A stretch of 64,000 nt of DNA from an uncultured virus (IMG/VR IMGVR_UViG_3300010938_000025). Taxonomy: Duplodnaviria; Heunggongvirae; Uroviricota; Caudoviricetes. Positions 46,157-55,458 of the stretch are shown piece by piece. Below the pieces are notes generated by a model. That model had not been told where the DNA came from. It was given only the letters and a program-made list of their open reading frames with translations, and made no database searches. Position numbers and translations under genes: made by a program. The stretch lies in the IMG/VR virus record IMGVR_UViG_3300010938_000025; one strand, given 5' to 3'. How positions within the stretch are numbered: position 1 is the stretch's first letter; the number at the start of each line of letters is the position of its first letter.

Positions 46157-46884
46157 TCGTATTCCCCTCGCTCCAGTTTCCGCCTGATATACAGTGCCCG
46201 GCCGCGCAGGGCATCCCCAAGCTGACAGTAATTTCGGGTATGCCAGCGGTGTATGCTCAGGAACTGCCTGAGCTCACAGATACCGAATGGCTGTAGCTTG
46301 AGGTTCAAGTCCCAATCGCTGGCGCCTCCGGCTGCGGGATCACAGCCACCTACCCGGCGGACCAGTTCCAATCGGGTCAGACGCTGTGGGTGGTTGAACA
46401 GGTTTTGCCGCCGGAGTAGCTCAGGCGTGTAGGTCGGAATGCCTTCCGGGCCATATCTACCCCTGACATGGCAACGCCAGTCCGGTTGACCGCGCATGTC
46501 GGTCTCAAGCTGCAGACAATAGACGGTGCCGCACGTGTGGCGATCCAGGTGCCCGGCCAGGACCCGCAGAAAATCTGGATGGGCCAGGTCATCATCTTCC
46601 ATGATCCAGAGGTACCTGCCGCGTGCATACTCCAGGCCATAGTTGATGGCTTCCGGCAGGCCGGCATTGGCCCGCACGAGCCACCTGGCCCGTTCGTCCT
46701 TAAGCGTCAGGTCGCGGCTGGCCGTATAGTCGATCTGCGCGGGTGTACCGTTTTGAATCACAATGAGCTCCCAATCCGACAGACTCTGGGCCAGAATCGA
46801 CTCTACGGCGGCTTCAAAGAACACCGGTCCAGGTCGGTCGTGAGTTGGTAGTAGAATGCTGACCTTGGGAGTTACTTCAGGCAT
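46153..46884 (-). CDS. Glycosyltransferase, GT2 (GT-A fold)
   Basis: VSILLPTHDR, NYGLEYARG, MEDDD, SDWDL. Confidence 0.9.
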   Translation of the reverse strand: MPEVTPKVSILLPTHDRPGPVFFEAAVESILAQSLSDWELIVIQNGTPAQIDYTASRDLTLKDERARWLVRANAGLPEAINYGLEYARGRYLWIMEDDDLAHPDFLRVLAGHLDRHTCGTVYCLQLETDMRGQPDWRCHVRGRYGPEGIPTYTPELLRRQNLFNHPQRLTRLELVRRVGGCDPAAGGASDWDLNLKLQPFGICELRQFLSIHRWHTRNYCQLGDALRGRALYIRRKLERGEYD

Positions 46885-47420
46885 ACAAACTCCATCAGAT
46901 AGAGTTCACGTCGGCGGTAGAAGGCTTTGGCATGTATCGTCCTCAACTTCGCGGCCTCAAGCGCCGCCTCCAGGCGCGGCTGATAATGAAAATACTGTGG
47001 ACCGTCCCAGTTAACGACATGTTCACCGGGTTCGTCGTGACACCACGAGACCATGATCAGGCGCCCGCCGGGTTGTAGAACCCGGTAATACTCCTGGATA
47101 ACCTGTTCTACCTCGGCGATGTGATCGATGGTGGACAGATCGGCGACGGCTGCAAATATCGTGGACTGAAACGGCATACGCCGCAGATCGCCTGTACAAA
47201 ACCAACGCTCTGGATAACGCGCCCTGGCCCTGGCCACCGTCAGTGGATTGATTTCCAGATAGCAGGTACGTTGTGGGTGTAGCCCGCAGTTATCCAGGTG
47301 TTTGAAATCCTCAGGTGCTGCCTCGTTAAAACAGTCCGTCTTGAGTACCAGGCCCGCGGAGTCCGGCAGGTATTCGGTCAACAGGTATCGATAGTGTGCG
47401 TAGACGTCTTCAATGCACAT
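46872..47420 (-). CDS. Class I SAM-dependent methyltransferase
   Basis: GDLRRMPF, STIDH, EYYRVLQPGG. Confidence 0.8.
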   Translation of the reverse strand: MCIEDVYAHYRYLLTEYLPDSAGLVLKTDCFNEAAPEDFKHLDNCGLHPQRTCYLEINPLTVARARARYPERWFCTGDLRRMPFQSTIFAAVADLSTIDHIAEVEQVIQEYYRVLQPGGRLIMVSWCHDEPGEHVVNWDGPQYFHYQPRLEAALEAAKLRTIHAKAFYRRRELYLMEFVCLK

Positions 47421-47970
47421 TGATCAAAAACCAGACGTGCCGCCGACTGTACTCGGCTAAACCCGCAGGCTCTATTCGCCAGTCTGAGTCGGTTCGATAG
47501 CCTGATCGACTCAGGCCGGTCATCATCTCCGACAGGTAGCCCAATTCCATCAGGTCTTCGCACATCTCGACCACGACGTATTGGGGTGTATATCGCGCCG
47601 CAATCTGACATACGGTCTGGTGGAGCGTCTGACTCTCGTACTCGTTCAGACCGGCTGCGAAGCCCAATGCCAGCAGGACGTCAACCGACAGTCCCAATCG
47701 GTCCAGTTCCGACAGGCAATGGCGGTCGTCCAAGACCCAGAAGGTAGTCTGCAGGTTGGGATATGCAGTTCTGGCCAGTTGGATGGCTGCGGCGTCGGTG
47801 TCCAGACCGATATAGTGTTTGAAGACCGGCGGCAGGTAGCGTAAGAGGGGTGCTTTGCCGCAAGCCAGATCGAGTATGACCTTATGCTCGATCTTGCGGG
47901 CCAGATACCCGGCGATCAGGTACAGGCGTCCGTCAAGCCATTTTGTATCCAGGTGTGGCCAGCGATTCAA
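47410..47970 (-). CDS. Class I SAM-dependent methyltransferase
   Basis: ILDLACG, YIGLDTD. Confidence 0.75.
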   Translation of the reverse strand: MNRWPHLDTKWLDGRLYLIAGYLARKIEHKVILDLACGKAPLLRYLPPVFKHYIGLDTDAAAIQLARTAYPNLQTTFWVLDDRHCLSELDRLGLSVDVLLALGFAAGLNEYESQTLHQTVCQIAARYTPQYVVVEMCEDLMELGYLSEMMTGLSRSGYRTDSDWRIEPAGLAEYSRRHVWFLINVH

Positions 47971-47971
47971 G

Positions 47972-48247
47972 TCAATCCGCTCCGTCAGGCTCGATCAGCG
48001 AGAACTCATCGAACGGCTCGTGTGGTCGCCGTTGATTATGGAGCCAATAGGCAAACTCCAATGCGTCTCCCTTGTCCTGCCAGGGGACAATGTTACTTCT
48101 GAAGTTGGACCTCGAGCCGTCCTGACCGATGTACTCGAAAGACTGTCGGTCCATAACACACCAGGCTTCAAAGGATGGCACATAAATCGAACGGCCACCG
48201 TGCAGGTTGGGGATTTCTTTACGCTGACCCGGAACTTTAATGGGCAT
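47972..48247 (-). CDS. Hypothetical protein
   Basis: ORF filling a gap in the operon. Confidence 0.55.
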   Translation of the reverse strand: MPIKVPGQRKEIPNLHGGRSIYVPSFEAWCVMDRQSFEYIGQDGSRSNFRSNIVPWQDKGDALEFAYWLHNQRRPHEPFDEFSLIEPDGAD

Positions 48248-48269
48248 GATGGCAAAGCAACACATCTTC

Positions 48270-48533
48270 TCAACCCCGATCTGTATAACCTGGCGGGCAA
48301 CCCTGCCGTGTGCGCGTGGTACATTCGTAGATGTAGGTGACCTGAAGATAGGTGACCTGCATGGTCGGCGCTTCAGGCCGGGGCACGGCGATCTGAGGCA
48401 TCACCGGCCAGACCTGTTGCGTGCCGCGGACCTCGATCAGGCGTCCGGCAAAGCAGTGTCGGCGTGGACAGGCCTCAGAAATAGTGTTCTCGTATTGAAT
48501 TATCGGTCGCATTGTTGCATCCACGTAATCCAA
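48270..48533 (-). CDS. Hypothetical Cys-containing protein
   Basis: ORF filling a gap; start uncertain. Confidence 0.4.
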   Translation of the reverse strand: MDYVDATMRPIIQYENTISEACPRRHCFAGRLIEVRGTQQVWPVMPQIAVPRPEAPTMQVTYLQVTYIYECTTRTRQGCPPGYTDRG

Positions 48534-49279
48534 TTGCGAACAGCCAATGGGTGTTCGCCCTCGAACGGCTTAAACTCACCCGCCTGGCGTGCTCGTTCAA
48601 ACACGTAGGCGTAGTCTACCTCGCCGCGCTGGTAGCTCTCGACGATTTTGGGATCGGGAAAGCCCAGATCGGTATACAGGGCCTGGAAATCAATTTCTTT
48701 TTTGGCAGCCGCGGCGGCCCGGCCGATCTGGACTTTACCGTAGTGATACACCTGCAGGTATGGCGCATCCAGCACCGGTCCGCGACCATTATCTACCTGA
48801 CAGGCATCCCCCACCATGACCCAGCCGGCGGAGCGTCGCCAGATACGGCGGGCCTGCTGGTAGACGAACGGGAATGTCGTCTTGAAGTCCACCACAAAAT
48901 GGGTATAGCTGGGACGAATGGCGGTTGCACCCATGGCCTCGGCCGTCTGGAGGGCTTCTTCAAACAGTCCGTATGAGGTGTGATGGATGACTTCATCCAG
49001 ATCGAGCTTCATCAGCCAGTCTGTCCTGGCGTGACCGGCCAGGTAGTTACAAATCTCGGACTGGATGGTGTAGTGTGTGCCCCAGGGATGTCGGAACAGG
49101 CGCAGGTTGTTATAGCGGCGGGTCAGATTGATCAGGGTCTGCCAGGTATCATCGCGTGAGTAGCATTCGGCTACCAGGACCTCATCGGCTATGGCGCAGG
49201 CGCTTTCGATGGCCGCTTCAAATGGATAGCGAATCTCGATCAGGTTGTACCCGAAACAGATGACAGATAATGGAATCAT
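48500..49279 (-). CDS. Glycosyltransferase, GT2
   Basis: ADEVLVAECYSRDDT, WLMKLDLDE, VYHYG. Confidence 0.85.
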   Translation of the reverse strand: MIPLSVICFGYNLIEIRYPFEAAIESACAIADEVLVAECYSRDDTWQTLINLTRRYNNLRLFRHPWGTHYTIQSEICNYLAGHARTDWLMKLDLDEVIHHTSYGLFEEALQTAEAMGATAIRPSYTHFVVDFKTTFPFVYQQARRIWRRSAGWVMVGDACQVDNGRGPVLDAPYLQVYHYGKVQIGRAAAAAKKEIDFQALYTDLGFPDPKIVESYQRGEVDYAYVFERARQAGEFKPFEGEHPLAVRNWITWMQQCDR

Positions 49280-50064
49280 CGGTATAGTTTGCTCCAGCCA
49301 TTGCGCCTGGCGTCATCTAAGGTCACGACGTAGGTTCTCAAAGGGTCAGGCAGAGGCGCAATGGGATACGTGCTGTGTTTGGCCCGCACGTAACGCTCAG
49401 GCGCACCCGGCGGAATGCCCCGCTCGGTCATCTCGCGGGCCCAACGTTTCAGTCGCTCGCCCCGCTGTCGCAGGGAGTCATCTGTCCCCAACAGGCTACA
49501 CTCGAAAATGCACACTTCAGGACAGATCGCCTTGTCGATTCGGGTGCGAGTGTAGGCCAGTTGAGTCTTAACCGGCCCGGCAGCGATGGCTTCGGGTTGT
49601 TCGTGCGCCAGGCCCACATAGCGGATACCGACGTTTTTCAACATCCGGGTACTGACGCCGGTGCTGGATCGGACGCAATAGTGCCACATGTCCTGACGCA
49701 TATATTTCACCGGGAAGTCCCAAACGTCGTGCGCGTCAAAATAACCCTGGTCCAGGAGCCAGACGAAGTTACCCGATATGGCCATGTCGGCATCCAGGTT
49801 CAGGACGAAATCACCGCTGGCCAGCTCAAGCCCCCGGTTACGTTGGTCAGCCCAATTGAGCATGGTGTGCCGGACCCACACCAACGGCAGGCCGAACTCT
49901 TCTGCCAGGTCGGTCGCCACCTGACGCGAGTTGTCGGTGGAATCGTCGTCTAAGACGATCCACTCTTTCAGGCGCGGGGGTCGAATGGCCGCATAGCTGG
50001 GCACAACCAGCGGTAGCATCTCGGCTTCGTCTTTCAACAAATTCACAATGCTAACGGTTCGCAT
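49276..50064 (-). CDS. Glycosyltransferase, GT2
   Basis: LDDDSTDNS, QRNRGLELASGD, LDADM, GLAHE. Confidence 0.88.
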   Translation of the reverse strand: MRTVSIVNLLKDEAEMLPLVVPSYAAIRPPRLKEWIVLDDDSTDNSRQVATDLAEEFGLPLVWVRHTMLNWADQRNRGLELASGDFVLNLDADMAISGNFVWLLDQGYFDAHDVWDFPVKYMRQDMWHYCVRSSTGVSTRMLKNVGIRYVGLAHEQPEAIAAGPVKTQLAYTRTRIDKAICPEVCIFECSLLGTDDSLRQRGERLKRWAREMTERGIPPGAPERYVRAKHSTYPIAPLPDPLRTYVVTLDDARRNGWSKLYR

Positions 50065-50704
50065 CAACTGACCCCGCTCTGGTAAAGATGGCGGCCAGTA
50101 CCCCCTCGGAATCGTAAATGGCCTGACCCTGCACAGGCCGGGTATAGGTATACCCGGCCTGTGCAAGCAACGTGCACCACCAGGTCTTGGGATGACATTG
50201 GATGTGGGTCGGATCGTTGCGGCTGACTGGCAGTACGAATGTCTCACCCTCCTGCCTGGACACAGGCAACCTGACCACGAGGTGTTTGGCTGTGACAATC
50301 GAAAGGATGTTATCCAGCTCGCCGTCAGGGATGTGCTCAAGTACATCCAGGAGTAACAACCAGTCGGCTGCGCGCTCCAATAACGACCAGTTGAGGTACT
50401 GCAGGACCTCAGGCGACAGTCCGTAGCGTGTACGGCCGTAATTGATGGCCCAAACACTGATGTCCGTGCCGTATACAGACTGTAGACCAAGCCGGCGCAG
50501 CGCGGCGACCAGTCCACCGGTACCACAGCCGAAGTCGATAACGGTCTGGTGAGATTCGATGCCCTGGGCCAACAGGTCGCGGGCCAGTTGCTCGAACTTA
50601 CGGTCCAGGTAGTTGGCGTAATTGCCGGTCTGATAATAGGCTTGGGTGAAGTGTCTGGTCAGGTTCGGAGTCTGAGCATATTCGTTTGCCAGTCGCCAAT
50701 GCAT
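50051..50704 (-). CDS. Class I SAM-dependent methyltransferase
   Basis: VIDFGCGTG, GTDIS, DVLEHI, DPTHI. Confidence 0.88.
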   Translation of the reverse strand: MHWRLANEYAQTPNLTRHFTQAYYQTGNYANYLDRKFEQLARDLLAQGIESHQTVIDFGCGTGGLVAALRRLGLQSVYGTDISVWAINYGRTRYGLSPEVLQYLNWSLLERAADWLLLLDVLEHIPDGELDNILSIVTAKHLVVRLPVSRQEGETFVLPVSRNDPTHIQCHPKTWWCTLLAQAGYTYTRPVQGQAIYDSEGVLAAIFTRAGSVDANR

Positions 50705-50706
50705 AT

Positions 50707-50985
50707 TCAGTTTTCCAGGAACAGTTTGTACACGGCGGTTGCAATTCCGAAGATGGCCGGTGTCACCGTGCTGAGCCAGGTCAGGAACTCCGGTGGGTTG
50801 CTGACCGGCGCACCGGCGAGCGCGCCGGTACCGAGCATGGCCACCAGCGCGATCACCAGGGACACGCCCATCGCCAACCAGAGTTTCTGCGTGGACGACC
50901 AATGGGGTTGTTTGAGCAGGTTGATGATAAACGGCGCGACCAACCCGCCCAGCCACATAGCGATCACCAAAGCACTGTTCTCCAT
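50707..50985 (-). CDS. Holin-like membrane protein
   Basis: 92 aa, 3 hydrophobic helices, LLKQPHWSS..K. Confidence 0.6.
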   Translation of the reverse strand: MENSALVIAMWLGGLVAPFIINLLKQPHWSSTQKLWLAMGVSLVIALVAMLGTGALAGAPVSNPPEFLTWLSTVTPAIFGIATAVYKLFLEN

Positions 50986-50997
50986 AATGACCTCCCT

Positions 50998-51945
50998 CTA
51001 CAAAAATGCGGCGTGCTGAACTGGAGTGCACACCTGGTCCAACAAACGGTTTTGAGACGTAAAAAAGCACTTCTCGAAGTGACACTCAAACGGTGCGACG
51101 TCAGCAAAGAAAGTATCTATGTCCTGGATACGGCACATGCGATACTCGGTTGGGAAACGACGGTCTTGCAGGGCCACTCCACTGCAACGGTAGAGCCAGC
51201 CGTCTGAGTTGACATACGGCTTTAGAAAGCTGATGCGACAGGGGACGGTGGGGGTAAGCCCGCGGGCCGCTTTCTGTTGCACAAACGCCTGTGGCACTGC
51301 CACCTGCAGGTCCTCGATTGCGCGGGTCAAAGCTGGCAGTTGCTCAACCGGTGACAGGCAATCTGGCACCAATCTCAGGTAACGCGGATTGTGCCTGCGT
51401 GAGAATGTCTGAACACGGTCGATCACCTGAGGTGTGGTCTGGGAGTTGACCACATACGAGAAGCCCAGAGTGCACGTATCCGGCACCTTTGGGACATCCG
51501 GCTCAAGCCCGAAGTCCAGGCCGGACAGAGAGATACGTATCCAGGTCAGTCTGGCCAGGTCCTGTGGGGTCAGGAACCGGTTCATTTTCAGTCCATTGGT
51601 AATCAGCCCGACCTGAATGTGACGTCGCTCCAGATCGGCCAGCAGTCGTCCCAAATGGGGCCACATGAGCGGCTCGCCGCCGCCGGTCAGGACGACACCT
51701 CGCAGGCGCTGCAGGCGGTGGCTATCCAACAAACATTGGACATCGTCCCAACTCAGGCTCAGACCGGGCCTGTCGCGTACACTACAGAAGGTGCAGGTCA
51801 GGTTACACGTATCCGTTAAGGCCAACTCCAGGCTGACCGGCCACCAGTCGGTTGAGCTGTTGGCGGCCAGATGAAGTCGGTCCAGATTGGCCAACAGTTT
51901 CTGTTCGGTTGATGTAAACAATGTCTCGGCCGATATAGCGTCCAT
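50998..51945 (-). CDS. Radical SAM protein with C-terminal Cys-containing (SPASM/twitch-like) region
   Basis: CNLTCTFC, TGGGEP, ITNG, DGWLYRC. Confidence 0.9.
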   Translation of the reverse strand: MDAISAETLFTSTEQKLLANLDRLHLAANSSTDWWPVSLELALTDTCNLTCTFCSVRDRPGLSLSWDDVQCLLDSHRLQRLRGVVLTGGGEPLMWPHLGRLLADLERRHIQVGLITNGLKMNRFLTPQDLARLTWIRISLSGLDFGLEPDVPKVPDTCTLGFSYVVNSQTTPQVIDRVQTFSRRHNPRYLRLVPDCLSPVEQLPALTRAIEDLQVAVPQAFVQQKAARGLTPTVPCRISFLKPYVNSDGWLYRCSGVALQDRRFPTEYRMCRIQDIDTFFADVAPFECHFEKCFFTSQNRLLDQVCTPVQHAAFL

Positions 51946-51955
51946 TGTGTCTCCA

Positions 51956-53023
51956 TCAGAATAGCCGTTGCTCTACAGCCATCGGTTTCAGGCAATGCGG
52001 CGAGAACCACAGTCGTTCTCGCCCGGCATTCTTGTGAATATGTTGTGGATCGGTAGAAGTTGCGTTATATCCACGCCCGCTGCCGGCTTTACCGTGTACA
52101 CACTCCCAGGAATCCGGCATGTCGTGTTCGCCCTCATACCCGGCCAGGACAATGCGGTATCTTGGATCGTCGCCATGCGCAATGCACCACTCCCGCACGG
52201 CATGTGCCACAGCTAACGAATCGCGCGCGTACAACTCCGGCGTGCGGTCTGCCGCATCTGAGTAAGGCGGATCGAAAAAGATACCGACCGGAGTAGCCCG
52301 ATGAATCGTGGGCGAATGGCCGCACACCCGACTCCAATCCCCACAACAGATTGACACCCGACGTAACCTGTGAGATAAGGCCATCATCCAGGCGGTGATA
52401 TTGGCCAGGGAAATGTCACATTGGCCTGAAAACTCTGTGTCATCCATTTGATGAACCGTCTGTTTATGTATGCCTTGCGCCCCACTTAAACGCACTATGC
52501 GTCTCGTGACGCCTGGCCCGGCACGCCTGAGCCTGATCAACCGCTCGCCATCCGTACTCCAGCCGCCCTGACCGGAACACCACCCGCCGCCGATCCAGCA
52601 GGCTATCCCCCACAGCCACCAGCCGGCGGCCTTGGGATCACACCACTCCGGATCGCCCATCAGACGTGCGGTCAATTCTTCTCTACGGTTTACCAGCCAG
52701 ATGTGCCGGGCCGTCAGATCGCATTCGCTGACAATCCACGAAGCGTGGCGCGCCACTTCTGCCGGTTGCAACTGGATTGCCCGCCAGGTATTGGTCAGCA
52801 GTCCGTCTACATCGTTGACCGTCTCGATCCGCGGTTGACCATCGGCCCAGACGCCGCGCCGCCAATCCCAACCTGGACGTTTCAACAGCACGGCTAAAGA
52901 ACCGGCAAACGGCTCGATGTAATTTTTGACATCGCCCAAACGCGCCCAGACCAGCGGCGCAACCTGCGATTTCCCGCCGAAGTATGGGAAAGGGGCAGTG
53001 CCGTATAATCTACGCCGGCTCAC
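51956..53023 (-). CDS. DNA adenine methyltransferase (D12 class)
   Basis: PFPYFGGKS, EPFAGS, FFDPPY; GTG start inferred from RBS. Confidence 0.88.
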   Translation of the reverse strand: MSRRRLYGTAPFPYFGGKSQVAPLVWARLGDVKNYIEPFAGSLAVLLKRPGWDWRRGVWADGQPRIETVNDVDGLLTNTWRAIQLQPAEVARHASWIVSECDLTARHIWLVNRREELTARLMGDPEWCDPKAAGWWLWGIACWIGGGWCSGQGGWSTDGERLIRLRRAGPGVTRRIVRLSGAQGIHKQTVHQMDDTEFSGQCDISLANITAWMMALSHRLRRVSICCGDWSRVCGHSPTIHRATPVGIFFDPPYSDAADRTPELYARDSLAVAHAVREWCIAHGDDPRYRIVLAGYEGEHDMPDSWECVHGKAGSGRGYNATSTDPQHIHKNAGRERLWFSPHCLKPMAVEQRLF

Positions 53024-53966
53024 AGTCCCTCGCAACTTCACGCGCAACGAACTCACCAGGCCCTGCGTGATCCGCCTCAAACAGACTCAATTGCAATCCG
53101 CGCAATTCCTCAGTGCGACGTGCGATACAATTCGGGTTAACCCAAACGCTCTCGGTGCGTTGGATCAGGTCGGTCTGGCCCGATCTGGCGTCCGCATTCC
53201 GCATGGCCTGTCGGCAAATGACATCGATATCCGTGCGTAGCCAGCCGGCCTGCTCCAGGCGGTCGTAATCCGGGTGAGCATAGCCGGATAAGACCACCAT
53301 GCCCTTGAGGTCCAATAAGACGTTGACCAGTCCTAAGTGATCGGCGCGGTCGAGTTCGACCTGATAGCGTTTAGGGACGACCCGCGTTTCCGGGTGATAG
53401 GGTGGGTCCAGGTAGAAAAGTGTATCCGGTGTATCGTAGCGGCGCACACAATTCAGCCAGTCGTCGCACTCAATCTGGACCTTACGGAGTCTGGCGTGGA
53501 ACCAGGTCAGATCGTGCAGGGACTTCAACCAACGACTGACAGGCGCAGGCGGTCGGACACCGAAACGCCAGCCGCCGTGTCCCCAATCGCCGGCGAACGA
53601 TTGTTGGGCAACGACAAACCAGCGTACAGCCCGCTCAATCGGGTCTGTGGCGTCGGGCTGCCGGCGCAGGTCGTTCAGATACTCCAGGAACTGCTCACGC
53701 GAGTAAGGTAAGGTATCCAGGCGGCGTAACATGTGCGGAAACTGCTCCGGGTTGGCCAGGACTCTGAAAAAGTTGATCAGGTCATGGTTAATATCGTTGA
53801 CCACCTCGACCTGGCTTGGCGGTTTAAGCCACAGGCAGGCCAGTGAGCCGGCGAACGGTTCGACATACGTCGTATGGTCTGGGAACATAGACACGAGCCG
53901 CGGTGCCAGTGCAGCTTTACCACCGTAATAGCCAAAGGGAACTTTAGTGGTTCTATTCAAGACCAA
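53010..53966 (-). CDS. DNA adenine methyltransferase (D12 class)
   Basis: PFGYYGGK, EPFAGS, YLDPPY, TESVW. Confidence 0.92.
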   Translation of the reverse strand: MVLNRTTKVPFGYYGGKAALAPRLVSMFPDHTTYVEPFAGSLACLWLKPPSQVEVVNDINHDLINFFRVLANPEQFPHMLRRLDTLPYSREQFLEYLNDLRRQPDATDPIERAVRWFVVAQQSFAGDWGHGGWRFGVRPPAPVSRWLKSLHDLTWFHARLRKVQIECDDWLNCVRRYDTPDTLFYLDPPYHPETRVVPKRYQVELDRADHLGLVNVLLDLKGMVVLSGYAHPDYDRLEQAGWLRTDIDVICRQAMRNADARSGQTDLIQRTESVWVNPNCIARRTEELRGLQLSLFEADHAGPGEFVAREVARDCEPA

Positions 53967-54381
53967 GGTTTAGCCTCACACGTACAATGCCGATGATACG
54001 GACCGGCGTCACGCCCTGTTGTCGGAAGTCACGACAAAAGAGTTGCGAAGCTGCCGCCTCGCTGACGTCCACGATAATGCGCGGATGGCGTGGCATCCGG
54101 TCGGTCAGTTCGACCACCACAGCTCGACACGGAGACATGAGCACAACCCGTGTCCCCAGCGGCAGGTCCAACCAGGTGGCGGCGGTCAGCGCCTGCGAAT
54201 CGAACGGCCGGCCGTTGGCCATCGTCCGGTTGTAGTAGCCTGGTCCGTACCAACTGGCCAGTTCAGGTCCATCGGCCCAGACCTGAGTGATGGTCAGGGT
54301 TAATAACAGAGCCATCAGGGCTGCCCGGCGTAGCCGCCCCGACTCTACGCCGGGCAGCCTGCAAGGAGGAGGAGAAAGCAA
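53953..54381 (-). CDS. RlpA-like double-psi beta-barrel protein (lytic transglycosylase-like), exported; start may be 54315
   Basis: ASWYGPG, TMANG, LTAA, LPLGT, IVDVSEAAA. Confidence 0.85.
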   Translation of the reverse strand: MLSPPPCRLPGVESGRLRRAALMALLLTLTITQVWADGPELASWYGPGYYNRTMANGRPFDSQALTAATWLDLPLGTRVVLMSPCRAVVVELTDRMPRHPRIIVDVSEAAASQLFCRDFRQQGVTPVRIIGIVRVRLNLGLE

Positions 54382-54394
54382 AATCGGTTATACC

Positions 54395-54751
54395 TCAGAC
54401 ATACATGCTTTCGCTCTCAGGTGCGGGCAGGCTCTGTCCGACCAGATGCAGTTCGCCGACCACGCTCTCGATCAACAGATCGAGTTGTTCGGTTGTCAAT
54501 TGTGGCAGGATACGCTTGAGATCGGCCATTAAGCGAGCCTTACGCTCAGGCCCGCGTCCATCACCTCTCAGGGCCTGATCCATCGCCTTAACGCCGGTCT
54601 CGACCCAATAGTACCACTCGGCGCGCACGTATGCGCGCTTATGCGCATTCAGCCAGCCGACGGCGGCGTGGCCCAAACGTGTCAGGACCAGGCTGACGAC
54701 GGCCAGTAAAATGTCTACGACGATGTTGTGATCAAGCGTGATAGTTTCCAT
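54395..54751 (-). CDS. Phage holin (LL-H-like)
   Basis: One TM; VKAMDQ...GPERK...LIESVV; adjacent to endolysin. Confidence 0.7.
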   Translation of the reverse strand: METITLDHNIVVDILLAVVSLVLTRLGHAAVGWLNAHKRAYVRAEWYYWVETGVKAMDQALRGDGRGPERKARLMADLKRILPQLTTEQLDLLIESVVGELHLVGQSLPAPESESMYV

Positions 54752-55458
54752 TACCCCTCTTGTGCCGTGCTCAGGTTATCATCGGCGATTTGTTGGATTG
54801 TTCTGAGCGCCCGACTCAGGCGGTCCACGGTGGCTTCAAGTTCGGCTATGCGCTGTGACTCGTCTGGCGCTGGCACCGGCACCGGTGCCAGCGCCGGATT
54901 CAGGCGATCAATCCACTCCTGGTAGCGTTGACCAGGGCACTCGGTTCGACCGGGATTCAAGGCCCGGTGGGGTGTACGGGGCAGAGGGATCAGGTCCGTC
55001 CCTTGCACAGAGGCCACGAATCGGTCCAGCGTCTGGCACACGAACTGGGCGGCACTCAACTGTGCTTCAGTCGGCAATGCGTTGGTAAAATCTCCCAGCA
55101 GGCAGATGCCGACCACCTGATCGTTTTTGCCCGCGACGTTGATCCCCCACTGGCCTACATTGCGGGTATAATGGATGGTACCGTCCTGGCCGATACAGAA
55201 GTGATAGCCTATGCCGGCCCAAAGCGTGCCATCCGGTTCTCGACGAGATTTGTGATACTGATAAATCTCGTAGGGACCGATCTGGGGTGGCGCGGCTGAG
55301 TGATGGATGGCCCAGTGCTTGACTTCGGCCATGCTGTCACGCAGGGGGACGCCGTTGGGTGAGCCGGCCGGTGCGTTATCCACCAGGATAGACCGCCAAT
55401 CGCGGAAATTCGGCAAAGTGCGTAAGGTCTCTACCAGCCAGGTGTCATCAACAGCCAA
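54751..55458 (-). CDS. Endolysin, N-acetylmuramoyl-L-alanine amidase (Amidase_2)
   Basis: IHHSA, IGYHF, GICLLGDF, PHR...TECPG; TTG start after GGAGG. Confidence 0.9.
   Translation of the reverse strand: MAVDDTWLVETLRTLPNFRDWRSILVDNAPAGSPNGVPLRDSMAEVKHWAIHHSAAPPQIGPYEIYQYHKSRREPDGTLWAGIGYHFCIGQDGTIHYTRNVGQWGINVAGKNDQVVGICLLGDFTNALPTEAQLSAAQFVCQTLDRFVASVQGTDLIPLPRTPHRALNPGRTECPGQRYQEWIDRLNPALAPVPVPAPDESQRIAELEATVDRLSRALRTIQQIADDNLSTAQEG

Noticed and set aside
49276..51085. Long N-terminal extensions of ORFs 49276..50526 and 50051..51085
   Set aside because: The extensions overlap better-supported genes; real starts are probably 50064 and 50704.
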